DNA of 64,000 nt, taken from positions 808,001-872,000 of the forward strand of contig MU058153.1 in assembly GCA_013265495.1 (NCBI GenBank), in the 5' to 3' direction. Each line of letters begins with the position of its first letter. Position 1 is the stretch's first letter. The notes beneath the pieces are model-generated. The model had not been told where the DNA came from. It did not search any database and saw only the letters and a list, made by a program, of their open reading frames with translations. The stretch is from Vicugna vicugna (lineage: Eukaryota). Positions 39,600 to 51,590 of the stretch are shown piece after piece. Made by a program: the position numbers and the translations under genes.

Positions 39600-39790
39600 T
39601 CTCATCCCCCTTTGCTTTTCCCCAAGGCACTAACTAGATAGCACATATTACATCTCATTTCTTTGCTCCATCTCTCCACAACAGAATGTAAAACCACGAG
39701 AAGAGTTTGTCTTATTTGATTCTGTAAACTCAATACCTAGGTCAGTGCCTGGTAGGTGACAATAAAGAATTGTACAATTAATGAACAAGT
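39600..39790 (+). mobile_element. LINE-2 3' end
   Basis: AGAATGTAAAACCACGAG...CAATACCTAGGTCAGTGCCTGGTAGGTGACAATAAA. Confidence 0.65.
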
Positions 39791-41451
39791 GATCCTTAGT
39801 AATAATGCAGTTCTCTTCCCTTGGTCAGCAATATGGAAGTTAACAAAGTCTGACGTTTCTCAGCAATGTGGTTTCCTAGCTGTTCCCTGGAGACAATCAA
39901 AGACTTTGCCATAGGTACATGCGAAAATAAAGACTTCACAACCTGAAATTGGATGGAAACTCCTTTCCTTGCCCAGTCAGATGAAAATAACAGAAATCCA
40001 GGGTATCCGTAACAGGGCAGAAGGAGTGAAGCCTAGGAGAGCATCCTGACCCCAGGTTTGTTCCGCTCCTGGACCTCGGACGTTGCCTGACCCTCTAAAA
40101 TGCAGAGATATTCATCAATAATGGAATGGAACATGAGAAAGAACTTTCCTTTATTTTGACTCTAGTTCACCATAAGAAGCAAATGTTCTCAGTGCAAGGC
40201 AGAGTGAAAGGCTCTCTTGATTTTGAATTCTGGCTCAGATATCAACTGATCCTGTCTCTGGAGCTAAAAAAAATAGACAGCTTTATTCATTCATTCCTTT
40301 GATCAACCTAATCTAAAAAAATTCTCTGAGTTGTGTAAGTTTGGCATCGTTGAAAATCCTTCCTGTTCCTTCCAGCATGACCATGTTTTATTGACATGTT
40401 TAATTACACGGTGCCGAATGAAGCTGTTGCTGGAGAATTTTAAGGGGCAAATGTCTCCTCTGGAAGAAAGTCAGTTCAGGGAACAAGATATGTACTCCTG
40501 GTAATTCTCACATCCTTGAAAGAGCTGAGTGATCTGGTAAAGGGAAGCTCTGGATTTAACCCTCTGCTTCTCCAAGATGAAACCTTTGTGTGTTCATTCA
40601 TCATTATTAGCGTGAGCAGACAGAGCAAGGTGTCAACATTCTCAAGGCTGAGCTGGGCTGGCATCCTCTAGGATTCCCCATGGGGACAGTGCTCACATAA
40701 TTCCTTCGGAGCATCTTGTTGTTTTGAAAAGGACAATGTAAAAGGGCTACATACCTATTTGTAGAAAGATCACAAAATGGGGAGACATCTGTTCCCAGGA
40801 ATATTGTTCATCTGTGGTTGGAAAAGTCATCCAGTCCAGCCATGCGCCTCCTTGTTCTTTTTCTTTTCTAGTAGTTACACAGTATATACAATACACTAAT
40901 TTAGAAAGACAGGTTTTCCCCATTCTCAAAGTACTCCTGGTACCAAGGCTTTTTTTCTTCTTCTTCTTCTTCTTTTCTTTCTAAGTAGAGCCACTTTTGA
41001 GTCATCTATATAGTTTTCCAGAAAACATCATCTTCACGCCTACCTAAAGTGATTTGAGATACAGAAATGTGTGAAGTCCTTGTATGATGTTTCCTTATTC
41101 TTTAGGAGAAACTGTCCTGATGTGAATGGTGTGAGTTAATAGTCTCTTTTTTTCTGTACTAAAATATGTGTGTGTGTGTGTTTTTAGCTCTTTTTTCTTT
41201 TTATGTAAATGATTTTCCATCTATTGCTTCTCCTCCTCTCTTTGAAAATGCGGATTTTTTTGGCAGGCCAGCTACAGATTCTTGAATATTTTAAAGAGGA
41301 GGAGACTCAGGTTTCTAGTTCCATTTGAGTAGAACCACTCTAAGGGAATGTTCCAGGAGAAAGAAGAGTGTGTAAGGGTTTTTCATATTATTTTGAGTTC
41401 CATGCCTTGCCCTAGTGAAGAAATACAGATATGACTATTCTGAGTATTTAG

Positions 41452-41697
41452 TGCCTTCTTTTTTTCTCATTAAAAAAAGCTTCTTTTTTAATGGAGGTAC
41501 TGGGAATTGAACCCTGGACCTCTTGCATGCTAAGCAGGTGCTCTACCACTGAGCTATGCCCACTGCCCCCCAGCACCTTCGTAACTGACTATTTCAGTGG
41601 CCAATTTCCCTAATGTATTCAGATGTACTATTGATTTTAAAGGTGCAATATATTGGATCTTCCCACAAAGTTTATTCCCCCGTCTAACACCTTGGCT
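41452..41697 (-). repeat. Right arm of the long-range inverted duplication (flank + SINE)
   Basis: Reverse complement of 27958-28216, with substitutions and small indels. Confidence 0.95.
41459..41571 (-). mobile_element. tRNA-Ala-derived SINE (vic-1-like), short form
   Basis: Minus strand GGGGGGCAGTGGGCATAGCTCAGTGGTAGAGCACCTGCTTAGCATGCAAGAGGTCCAGGGTTCAATTCCCAGTACCTCCATTAAAAAA; TSD-like GAAGGTGCT / GAAGGCACT. Confidence 0.92.
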
Positions 41698-42704
41698 GTT
41701 TTTTCTCACATTTAAATAACATCAATCAAATTTCAGATCACTTTCCTAAAATACGTCTGCATACACTCACTGACATAAATCCCTAAAGACTGTGTAAAAA
41801 TGTCTTTCTGTAACAAGTTATACAGCATCACTTTTATTGACTGCAGATGAAATAATCTATTTTTATCATGTCATAATAAAGAAAACTGAGTATTTTTAAT
41901 TCTCATAGAACTGGTGGACTCCTGACATGTTCATTCTCTATTAGCCATTAGAAAAAAAATCAAATTAGAGCAGGAATTAACTGTGTAAATATTAATATTT
42001 TACTCTGGCTTAAAATAAAAAAAAAACTAGATTATTGTTCTAGTCGATTATCCCACATGGTGACTTCATTTAGCCTCAAGTCAGTAAAGGTTTCCCCACT
42101 TTAATAACATAAGTTGTTCCTGGTCCCATGACAGATTGTGCCGTAGATCTGGAGTCAGAAAACGGCACCAAAGCTTTGGCTCTGCTGTGTGCTGGCTGTG
42201 CAGCTTTCTCCTGGCTTCCTCCTCTATGAAAGGGAAATGATCTTTTTTTCAGGGTAAATAACATGATCCCGTTTCCCCAGGACTTTCACCAGCTTTAGCC
42301 CTGAAAGTCCCACGGATGGGTCTGATCGCTCTCAGTCCCAGGCAACCCAGGCTGGTTGTTCACCCTACTCTTTGCCCCACTTCACTGATTTGTAGTGGCG
42401 ATGGGTATGCCAAAAAAAAAAAATCACTTTTTGAGCAAGAATTGTTTCTACACACAGAAGCAATTAAAGACATATTTATAATTGTTCATTATTTTGATTA
42501 AATTTTTTGATCTCCAAGTCCATATTCTTACATGAGCAAGTGTGTTTTCTATATCATGTTATCCAACAGAGATTCTGGGCACAGACCAAACTCTGGGGTA
42601 AGAAAAGTAGTTCCCACTATGGCCCACAACACATGGGTGTGCCCTCCACTGCTTTTTCATCTTGGGCAGATTCTCCTTTCTTTGGAGGCTGAGATTCCTT
42701 GCAG

Positions 42705-42865
42705 ACAGCTTAGACCTGGATGCAATCTCTGGCCCCCATTTCCAAAGAGAAATTTCCTTAAATTTGATAAATTGTATCAGCCTATTTGTAAAATTCAGGC
42801 TTCTTTCAAGATTATATAAAACACTGTCTCAAGTGCTTAGCACAGGGCTAGCCTCATAAGATTAT
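42705..42865 (+). mobile_element. MIR fragment
   Basis: AGACCTGGATGCAATCTCTGGC...TTTGTAAAAT...AAGTGCTTAGCACAGGGCTAGCCTCATA. Confidence 0.55.
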
Positions 42866-43276
42866 TTAGATGATTCTACTCATCATTACTGTCATTAATA
42901 ATTGAGAGCAGTAAGTCAGTAACCAATGTTCACAGGACTTAAGCAGTGAAACTTGCAGCCCAGGGAAGAAGTCAAGTAACAGAAAAGGAAAAAAAAAGAG
43001 TAATCACTGAGTATTGAAAAGAAGTGTGTTTTCAAAGCTAAGTTAGGAAACAGGTTGAAAGAAGTGGAGTGGATACAGTGAGTAACTAGATATTAAAAAT
43101 GAATCCAGGGATTCGGTTAAAAGGTAGCTCAGTAGCTCCATTGCTCGTTACTGACTGATTTGCTTGCTGTCTCAGTTGAATTCCATCGAACAGTCCTACA
43201 TGAGTTCCTGTTCCCCAAAGAAACTATGGGACTTTGCCTACAAAACACTTTCACCTGCACTGTTTTACTTGATCTC

Positions 43277-43300
43277 AAAAAAAAAAAAAAAAAAAAAAAA
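43277..43300 (+). repeat. Poly(A)24
   Basis: Read directly; no recognisable retroelement body upstream. Confidence 0.9.
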
Positions 43301-44808
43301 CAAACAAAAGAAACAAGAATCATGCGAGTTTAGTTCACTTTCGAATGCACAGTTGAGGCTCTCTAAGTATAATGAACCACCAAGGTGACTTCGCTTGCAA
43401 ATGGTGGTGTTTAGATTGAGACCTTGGCTTTGTGACTCTGTAACTACTTCTTGGTCCACTGTGTCACAGGGAGCATTGTAGCCAACGTGCAGTGCATGCC
43501 CAGTTTCTCTGGCATGCTAGAAATACATACATACTTTATAATATTTCTACCACAACCAACTTTCCCTGTGTTGAAGGGCAGGGTAGCAGCAACTACTGCT
43601 TTCTCTTTCTTAAAATAATGCATTTTACATGTGTTTAATTGCTAGTGAAAATCACAATGAAAAATAAATGGGGTCAAGTTTGCAGAATCAGCTTAATCAT
43701 TTAGAGTGGACTGAAAAACCTAACTGGCTACAGAATACCAAAACAATTAGCATTCGTGTTTCACTGACCATTGTCCAAAGATGTACTTGTTTTTTTTCAG
43801 TTTTTTTCAGTTTTGAGGAAAATCTAATCTGGAAGTTTCAGATGAACATAAAAAATTAACATTCCAGTAAATAAAGATGTGAACTACCATCAAGTTAATT
43901 TCTATGAAATAGTAATGATGATGGTGATGTAATGATAATGATAATGATGTTAACAACAGCAATAAAAGTAACAAATGTCATATATATTGATATATATATG
44001 ATCAATTTCAAATATTTTCTTTTGCTGGATACCTGTGAAATAGAACAGATGGGCATTCTGTTCATAGTTGATACAAGTAAATTTCTTTTGCCCCAGAATG
44101 GTCAAATGCTTCTTCAAGCCAGTAACAGAAAGAGGACTAAAATACTGAGCTTCTAACTGTCCATTTCATGCAGTTTCCATGATATCCTTCCTTCCTTCCC
44201 ATTTCAATATTTTTGATCCTACCATCTGATGAAGTAGGTGCATCCAAGACTCATTTGGCAACTTTATCTTTCATTCCCAAGAGTCAGCCTGTTACTGTAT
44301 TTGCAATATGTTCACTGGCTGGCTCTCTGCAAGTGGCTACGGTATCCACAGCTATGTAAAGGCAGCAGTGAGAAGGGGGCTAGTGATTCTTGAAGTGATC
44401 ACCCTTTGTCTGTTTTCTGGTCTCTCTCGTAACATGATTTTCCACCCCTTCTTCAAAAGCAAAGTCTTGACAAGAATCTGGCCAATATAGTACCTTAAAA
44501 ACAGTTGTTAAACCCCTTTTGGAGAACTTCTCAGGCTGTTTGCCAGCAAGTTCCCTTCTGGCCACATCCTTTGTTGCCAAACCAACTTCACTTTTTTTCT
44601 CTCTTTGCACAGAACTATCCCAGGGCTTTGCCTGTGTAAAAGCATTCTGAGTTCAGGACTAGAATGCCTGGTGCATGTTCACTACTTATTTTTAAGTGCT
44701 ATTCTCTAAATGATTTTTCTAATCTAAATAGTGGGGAAACGTAGACTATAAAAGCAAGAAGACGGCACAAAATTCTTCTCCTCTAGAGGACAAAGTATTC
44801 AAAAGGCT

Positions 44809-44890
44809 GTGTAGGACTGATACATCATGCTGTACACCAGAAACTGACACAATGTAACTGACTGTACTTCAATTAAAAAATTAAAAAATA
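44809..44890 (+). mobile_element. Extremely truncated young L1 3' terminus (~80 bp)
   Basis: GCTGTACACCAGAAACTGACACAATGTAACTGACTGTACTTCAATTAAAAAATTAAAAAA; TSD-like AAAAGGCT / AAAAGCT. Confidence 0.8.
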
Positions 44891-44952
44891 AAAGCTACAG
44901 GAGCTAGCCAGGCAACACTGGTGACTAAGGAGCACCAGGCAGGTGTTGGGAG

Positions 44953-45415
44953 AGTGCTGGTTTCCCGGGGCTGCTGTAACAAGGGGCCAAACATTAGGTG
45001 GCTTAAAAGAACATATATGTATTATTTCACACGTCTGGAGGCTAGAAGTTCAAAATTGAGGTGTCTGTACTCTCTGATGGCTCTAGCTAGGAGAAAATCC
45101 TTCCTTGCATCTTCTAGCTTCTGGTGTTGGCTGACAATCCTTGGCAATCCTTGGCATTCCTTGGCTTATAGGTGCATCACTCCAGCTGCATGGCTGCCTT
45201 CCCGTGTGTCTTTATATCATCTTCCCTCTTTGCATGTGTCTCTGTGTTGAAATTTGCCCCTATTTGTATTGGATTCGGGCTCACTCTAACGACATCAATT
45301 TAATTTAATTACCTTTGTTAAGACCCTTTTCCCAAATAATGTCACATTTTGGGGTACTGGGGATTTGGACTTCAGTATATGTTTTTTTTGGAGACACAAA
45401 ATTTAACCCATAACA
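44953..45415 (-). mobile_element. MLT1 (C-like) MaLR solo LTR
   Basis: GGTTTCCCGGGGCTGCTGTAACAA...CTGGAGGCTAGAAGTTCAAAATTGAGGTGTC...GAGACACAAAATTTAACCCATAACA. Confidence 0.88.
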
Positions 45416-46699
45416 AGGATAAACTGGAAAGTACATGTTGTCTCGAAAAGTGTGGCAATCCCTCAGCTCCAGCCTGTTGCTCTAATTTTAAACCTTCTTT
45501 TTTAAGGGAAACTGGAAATCTGAACATTTCCTGGAAAATATCTGCAAGATATGTCCCTTGTTTTGGGATAACTAAACTAAGCATGTCTTAAGGTCGGGTT
45601 GAGTCAGCTGCAAGCCCCCAAATTCTGATTGTCCTAATCCATCCATTTACTTGTGAGAACTCTGGCCCCAGTGGGCTATAGAGTTTGCTGTGGCCACACA
45701 GCTGATAGTGGAAGAGCAAGGCTCACAATCCACTGCTCCTAATTTTGTTTCCTTTGGACAAAAAGCAGGGATTGATTAGAGACAATCTTTTTTAGTGATC
45801 AAACAGCCTACCTTTGTGCATTCAGTTACATCAAGTACTATCTGTTTAGAAAAATCTGCCTTCAACTTCCTAATTTTGCCAGATAATAGTATACAAAGTG
45901 AAAAAAAGTCTGTTCAAAAATGACATATATACATATTGTTTGAGTATATAATTATGTATATATAAAATCAAAAGAAAAATATTTAGCCTTTGAAATATCT
46001 ACCTGAATCAAATAAGTAAAAATACTTTTGTCTTTCTTTGTTGCTAGTTTAGGTGTACGATTTCTCTTTCTCTATCTGTCCTTTAAACTTGGAGTCATAT
46101 TGTACGTGAAGTATTAAATTGTACTTTTGGTTGTGATTTTCTCCTTTATAGAACTAAATTACTTGAAGAAGAAATAAGTGCATAAGGCAGGTTATAAAAA
46201 GGCAAAAATGATACTCAGAATATACTGTGGGGACAAAGAAGAGGATTTGGGCGTGATGGGGGAAACTGTAAAAAGTTTATGACTCTCTCGAAATCCTGCC
46301 ATTAAAAAAGGGAATTTGGGTGGAAAAATTCAGCACTTAATAAGAAAATTTACAGTCTAACTAGATGACAAGGTGTCCCCCAAATCCCAAATAGTAGATG
46401 AGCACACACCATTGGCAGCTACAAAACCCCTGTGGTGTCCTCATTGATACATGAGGAAGCAAAGGGTGATGACAGAATGGCCCTGAGAATTGGGAAGCCA
46501 CCTGAAATCAGCCAAGAGCCAACCTGAGAACAGCAGCTAAAGCTGAGGAGGATCTGCGGGACATATGTGTGAGTGAGTGCAGATCAGGAGGGACGCTGTC
46601 TGGACTGTCAGTTCTGAAAATCCAACATATTAAAATAGCTCTTGCTAGTATCAGTCATTGTGTGCATTTGCACTAAGTATCCTATGCTTGTGTAAGGCA

Positions 46700-47255
46700 G
46701 GAGTTGAGGTCAGAGAGACAGGCAGGGGCCAGATAACTCAGGGCTGTGTCAGCCAGTTAAAGAGTTAAGATCTCATTCCAGACATCATGGGACAATGTCA
46801 GAAGATTTTAGGTGAGGAGTAATGTGTGTATAAAAACCTCACTCTACCTACTGTGTGTAGTATGGATTGGAGGGAAGGCAAAGTGGAAGAAAGGCACGAG
46901 GCAGGTATCTCTGGAGGAGGCTGATGGCTTGGATCGGACTGGAGGGCCATCACTGGAGAGAGAACAGAGTGGCCTGTTTTTCCTGAGTCTTGGAGATTTA
47001 GGCAATAAACCTCGCTGATGGATTGGAAATGAAATATGAGAGAAAGAAAAGATGGAGATTCGGTCCTAATTAACTAGATAGATAATGCTGCTAATTATTA
47101 GAAAGAGAAAATCCTGGGACTGACTATGTTTAGGGAGGAGGGGGAAATCAAGTGTTCTGTAATGGCCGTGCTCACTTGGACACGAATCTAGAGTTCAAGG
47201 AAGAGAGCAAGACTGTGTAACTGCATTGTAGAGTCACAGACATGTAGATGGGATG
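46700..47255 (-). mobile_element. LINE-2 fragment
   Basis: GAGGTCAGAGAGACAGGCAGGGGCCAGATAACTCAGGGC...GCTGATGGATTGGAAATG...GGGGAAATCAAGTGTTCTGT. Confidence 0.78.
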
Positions 47256-47264
47256 GATAAGTTG

Positions 47265-47870
47265 GTTTTACACAAAATGGAGACCCGGTTAAACAATATT
47301 CTACATTAAAAAATAATAATAGCCTATCTGGAAAGCTTTCCATAATGTTATCTTTATCTATATGTTTAATGACGCAGTGGGTTTCCTTTGTAGTCTACTG
47401 ATGGGCATTGAATGGGCCGCAAAGGCCATTTTTTGTACGTGTATCTTTGCACACATGTGGATGTTTATCTATGAGAGCAATTCCTAGAAGTGGGATTGCT
47501 GCATTCAAACATATGCGCATTTAAAATTTTGATAGATGTTGCCAAGTACTCCCAGCGACAATGTATAAGAATGTCTGTTTCTCATACCCTTGCCAAATTT
47601 CATAATCTTTGCCAATCTGATAGGTTGAAAAAGAAGTGTTTTTTTGTTTTTAGTTTGCATTTTACAAAGTAATTAGTGAGGCCGAGCATCTATCCGTATG
47701 GTTTTAAGTTAGTTGAGTCTCTTTCTGTGAACGAATCTGCCTGTTTATCCTTTGCCTATTTTCCCATCGAGCTGCTATTGTTTTTCTGGATTTTTTTCTC
47801 TATCTGTTGCACAGTAGTATAAATATTTTCCAAATTTTCACTTCTCTTTGAACTTTGGCATTTTTTTGGC
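47265..47870 (-). mobile_element. Old L1 (L1ME-like) fragment
   Basis: ATTCCTAGAAGTGGGATTGCTG...TTTTGATAGATGTTGCCAA...TTTGCCAATCTGATAGGT...TAGTGAGGCCGAGCATCT. Confidence 0.78.
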
Positions 47871-47959
47871 AGCAGGATTTTTGAAACATGTTTGTTTGTA
47901 ATACAAGTTTATGGCTTAACTGATCATAGTCATATATTCCGAATGACAACAGTAGAGAT

Positions 47960-48175
47960 GAAGCTATGAAAGTGGTCGGAGTTAATATATTACAATTCTC
48001 ATTCTGCTGCAGATTTGCTGGGTGCCTCTGGGACAGTCATTTAATCATGTGCCTTAGTTTCCTCCTTGTAAAATGGAAATCACAATCTCTGCCTTACCTT
48101 CAAGAACTTATTTAAGGAGAAATCAACGAATAAATATAATAACTGTCTTTTGGGTTTTGAATGCTCTCAACATAT
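47960..48175 (+). mobile_element. MIR SINE
   Basis: GTCATTTAATCATGTGCCTTAGTTTCCTCCTTGTAAAATGGAAAT. Confidence 0.7.
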
Positions 48176-48994
48176 GAATGTATGCATGCTAGGTAGTCAG
48201 TAACATGTGGGACACACAATATTGCAAAATACTAAGAATTTCCAGAGTGCCCTGTGATCTTTAAAGCTTCATCTCTCCCTAGTCCTTCTTCTTGTCATCC
48301 TTCTTCTCCTTTTTATGTTGTCTTTCTCCTTTTCTTCCTTCTCCTTCCCTTTTCTTATTTTGTTACATGTGACTTTCTGGTTGCCATTATTTTGGTGGAT
48401 AACTGCCATGCACACCAATCTGGATACATTGTAAACTGATAAAGAAAGTAAATGCCTGGTAATCACTAGAAGCTCTGTCCTCTGTATCTTTTTTATGACA
48501 TCCGCTTGGTAGGACACATGCTGATGAATTAGGCTGGATAACTGGGGAGTGACCAGCACCAACGAACAGAAGAAGGATGTGGTTGTTACTCCCTGTGAAG
48601 AAGTCAAACTCTGTAACGGGAAGAGCACTGACCCGAGAGTCTGCAGACCTGAGGGGCAGCTCAGATTCTCTTACTAAGTGGTTTTATAGTAGTGATTTAT
48701 GATTATGTCATAAACTAAAAGTTACAGCATTTATTTATTTTAAAACTCGCTCAGAAGAATATTACTGTTTAAGTGAGCAAAAAATGAAATTCAAATTTAG
48801 GATTATGAATGGCAGACTCAGTCCTAGCCTCTTCATCCATAAAAACAAATTAAAGCAACAGCGCCGCGTTTTACAAGAGTCCTTAAAGCATCTCTGTAAA
48901 ACGCATTTTGAAAACCCCTTATCTGTATTATCTTTTCCTAATTTCTGGCTTAGACATTAAGTTCTGTGACTAGTTTGCTACCAACAGCTGTTAG

Positions 48995-49078
48995 AAGAAA
49001 AAAGAAAGAAAGGAGGGAGGGAGGAAGGAAACAAGGAATGAAGGAAGGGAGGGAGGAAAGAGAAGAGAGAAGAGAGAA
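48995..49078 (+). repeat. Polypurine (GGAA/GAGAA) low-complexity tract
   Basis: Read directly. Confidence 0.85.
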
Positions 49079-49430
49079 CAGTCTCTCAGTCCCTACTCTG
49101 TCCCTAAGGTGATCAGGACATATTATTATAAACGTTTTCCTTCTTACCTCTCACACCAGATAAACATCCTTATGATGCTCATGTTAAACTATTAAATCCA
49201 AACATCACAGCCGGGGGAGATAGGTATCAGTCAGATTCTTCACACTCATTTTGAGTGGTTTCCTGTTATTTGACTGACTCTACAACCCAGAACTCTGCAG
49301 AAAATAAGTAAAGCTTTACCCAAAAAAGTTAAGTTTAACTGATTTCTCTAACACTTTCTCTACATTTTCTAACCTTCTTATAGCATCCATAATAGTTAGG
49401 ATTGTATGGTTAAAACCACATGCAATTTTA

Positions 49431-50297
49431 GTCCCTTGTTGTCACATCATTTGCAAATATTTTCTCCCATTCTGTAGGTTGTCTTTTCATTTTGTTTATG
49501 GTTTCCTTTGCTGTGCAAGAGCTTTGAAGTTTAATTAGGTCCCATTTGTTTATTTTTGCTTTTATTTCCATTACTCAAGGAGCTGGTTTGAAAAAAATAT
49601 TGCTGCAATTTATGGCAAAGAGTCTTCTGCCTATGTTTTCCTCTAGGAGTTTTATAGTATCCAGTCTTCCTTGTAGGTCTTTAATCCACTTTGAGTTTAT
49701 TTTTGTATATGATGTTAAAGAATGCTCTAATTTCATTCTTTTACATGTAGCTGTCCCATTTTCCCAGCACCACTTATTGAAGAGACTGTCTTTTCTCCAT
49801 TGTATATTCTTGCTTTCTTTGTCATAGATTAATTGACCATAAATGTGTGGGTTTATTTCTGGACTTTCTATCCTTTCCATTGATGTATGTGTCTGTTTTT
49901 GTGCCAGCACCATACTTTTTATTTACTGTAGCTTTGTAGTATAGTCTGAAGTCAAGGAGCATGATTCCTCCAGCTCCGTTTTTCTTTCTCAAGATTGTTT
50001 TGGGTGTTTGGAGTCTTTTGTGTTTCCATACAAATTTTAACAGTGCTTGTTCCTGTTCTTTAAAAAATGTCATTCGTTATTTGATGGGGATTGCACTGAA
50101 TCTTTATAGTGCCTTGGGTAGTATGGCCATTTTAGCAATATTGATTTTTTTCAATGCAAGTCTATTTTTCCATCTGTTTGTGTTGTCTTCAGTTTCTTTC
50201 ATCAGTGTCTTACAGTTTTTGGAGTACAGGTCCTTTGCCTCCTTAGGTGGGTTTCCCCTAGGTAGTCTGTTCTTTGTGATGTGATGGTAAATGGGAT
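49431..50297 (-). pseudogene. L1 ORF2 fragment (post-RT region), frameshifted
   Basis: ORF track 49822-50073 ([10 protein letters not shown]...[17 protein letters not shown]) and 49575-49913 are typical ORF2p motifs. Confidence 0.9.
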
Positions 50298-50800
50298 CAA
50301 ACAGCTCATACAGCTTACTATCAGAAAAGCAAAGAACCCAATCAAAAAATGGGCCGAATACCTAAATAGACATTTCTCAGAAGAAGACATCCAGATAGCC
50401 AACAGATACATGAGAAGATGCTCAATATCACTAATTATTAGAGACATGCAAATAAAAACTACAATGAGGTATCACCTAACACCAGTCAGAATGGCTATCA
50501 TTGAAGAGTCTACAAATAATAAATGCTGGAGAGGGTGTGGACAAAAAGGAACCCTCCTACACTGTTGGTGGCAATGTAAATTGGTGCAGCCACTGTGGAG
50601 AACAATATGGAGGTTCTTTAAAAAACTGAAAATAGAGTTACTGTGTGATACAGCAATCCCTCTACTAGGCATATATCAGGGAAAGAAAAAAACTCTAATT
50701 CGAAAAGATACATGCACCCCAATGTTCATTGCAGCGTTATTTACAATAGCCAAGACATAGAAACAATCTAACTGTCCATCGACAGATGAATGGATAAAAA
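50298..50800 (+). pseudogene. L1 ORF2 C-terminal cysteine-rich domain fragment
   Basis: [17 protein letters not shown]...[22 protein letters not shown]...[15 protein letters not shown]. Confidence 0.92.
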
Positions 50801-50814
50801 AAGATGTAATATAC

Positions 50815-50845
<31 letters not shown>

Positions 50846-51429
50846 ATGGAATACTGCTCAGCCATAAAAAAGAATGAAGTAATACCATTTGCAGCAACAT
50901 GGATCGACCAAGAGATCATCATATTAAGTGAAGTGAGTCAGATAGAAAGACAAATGTCATATGATATCACTTATATGTGGAATCTAAAAATAATGGTACA
51001 AATATTATTTACAGACCAACAATAGTCTCATGGACATAGAAAACAAACTACAGTTACCAAAGAGGAAAGGGCAGGGAGGGATAAATTAGGAGTTTGGGGT
51101 TAACAGATGCACATTACTGTAAATAAAATAGATAAACAACAAGGTCCTACTGTATAGTACAAGGAATTATATTCAAATTCTTATAATAACATATAATGGA
51201 AAAGAATCTGAAAAAAATCTGTATTTGTGTATAACTGAATCACTTTGCTATACTCCTGAAACTAATATTGTAAATCAACTACACTTTAATAAAAAAATTA
51301 AATTCCAAAAAACACCCAGCATACAATTTTAATAAGAAGAGAGTCATTGGTTGTATGCAACTCCAGGACTTCATAATTCATACACCTGATTGTCTTCTTA
51401 ATTTGTAAAGAGATGCACTAAGTTATTTT

Positions 51430-51590
51430 ACATTCATTCATTCACTTATTGTTTACCTACTGTGTATCAGCTCCTGTGCTATGCAGATCATGGTAATGTA
51501 AGAATGAATAAGGTATGGTCCCTTCTCTAAAAGATTATGCTAAGAAAAGAGGTAGATAAATATATAATTTTTCAAATTTAAGGTGACCAG
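51430..51590 (-). mobile_element. LINE-2 3' end
   Basis: CATTCATTCATTCAC...CCTACTGTGTATCAGCTCCTGTGCTA...GAATAAGGTATGGTCCCT. Confidence 0.7.

Larger units (their letters stand above)
49431..51312 (+). mobile_element. 5'-inverted (twin-primed) L1: 49431-50297 antisense, 50298-~51312 sense
   Basis: ORF2 peptides on the minus strand ([17 protein letters not shown]...LFNKWCWEN) and on the plus strand ([15 protein letters not shown]...[25 protein letters not shown]), then 3'UTR and A tail. TSD CCACATGCAATTTTA (49416-49430) / CCAGCATACAATTTTA (51316-51331). Confidence 0.92.

Noticed and set aside
43277..43320. Processed pseudogene tail
   Set aside because: Poly(A)24 has no upstream ORF, polyA signal or TSD that I could identify.
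50281..50760. Functional 159-aa protein
   Set aside because: The ATG comes from the inversion junction fused to an L1 ORF2 C-terminal remnant; no promoter or other evidence of domestication.
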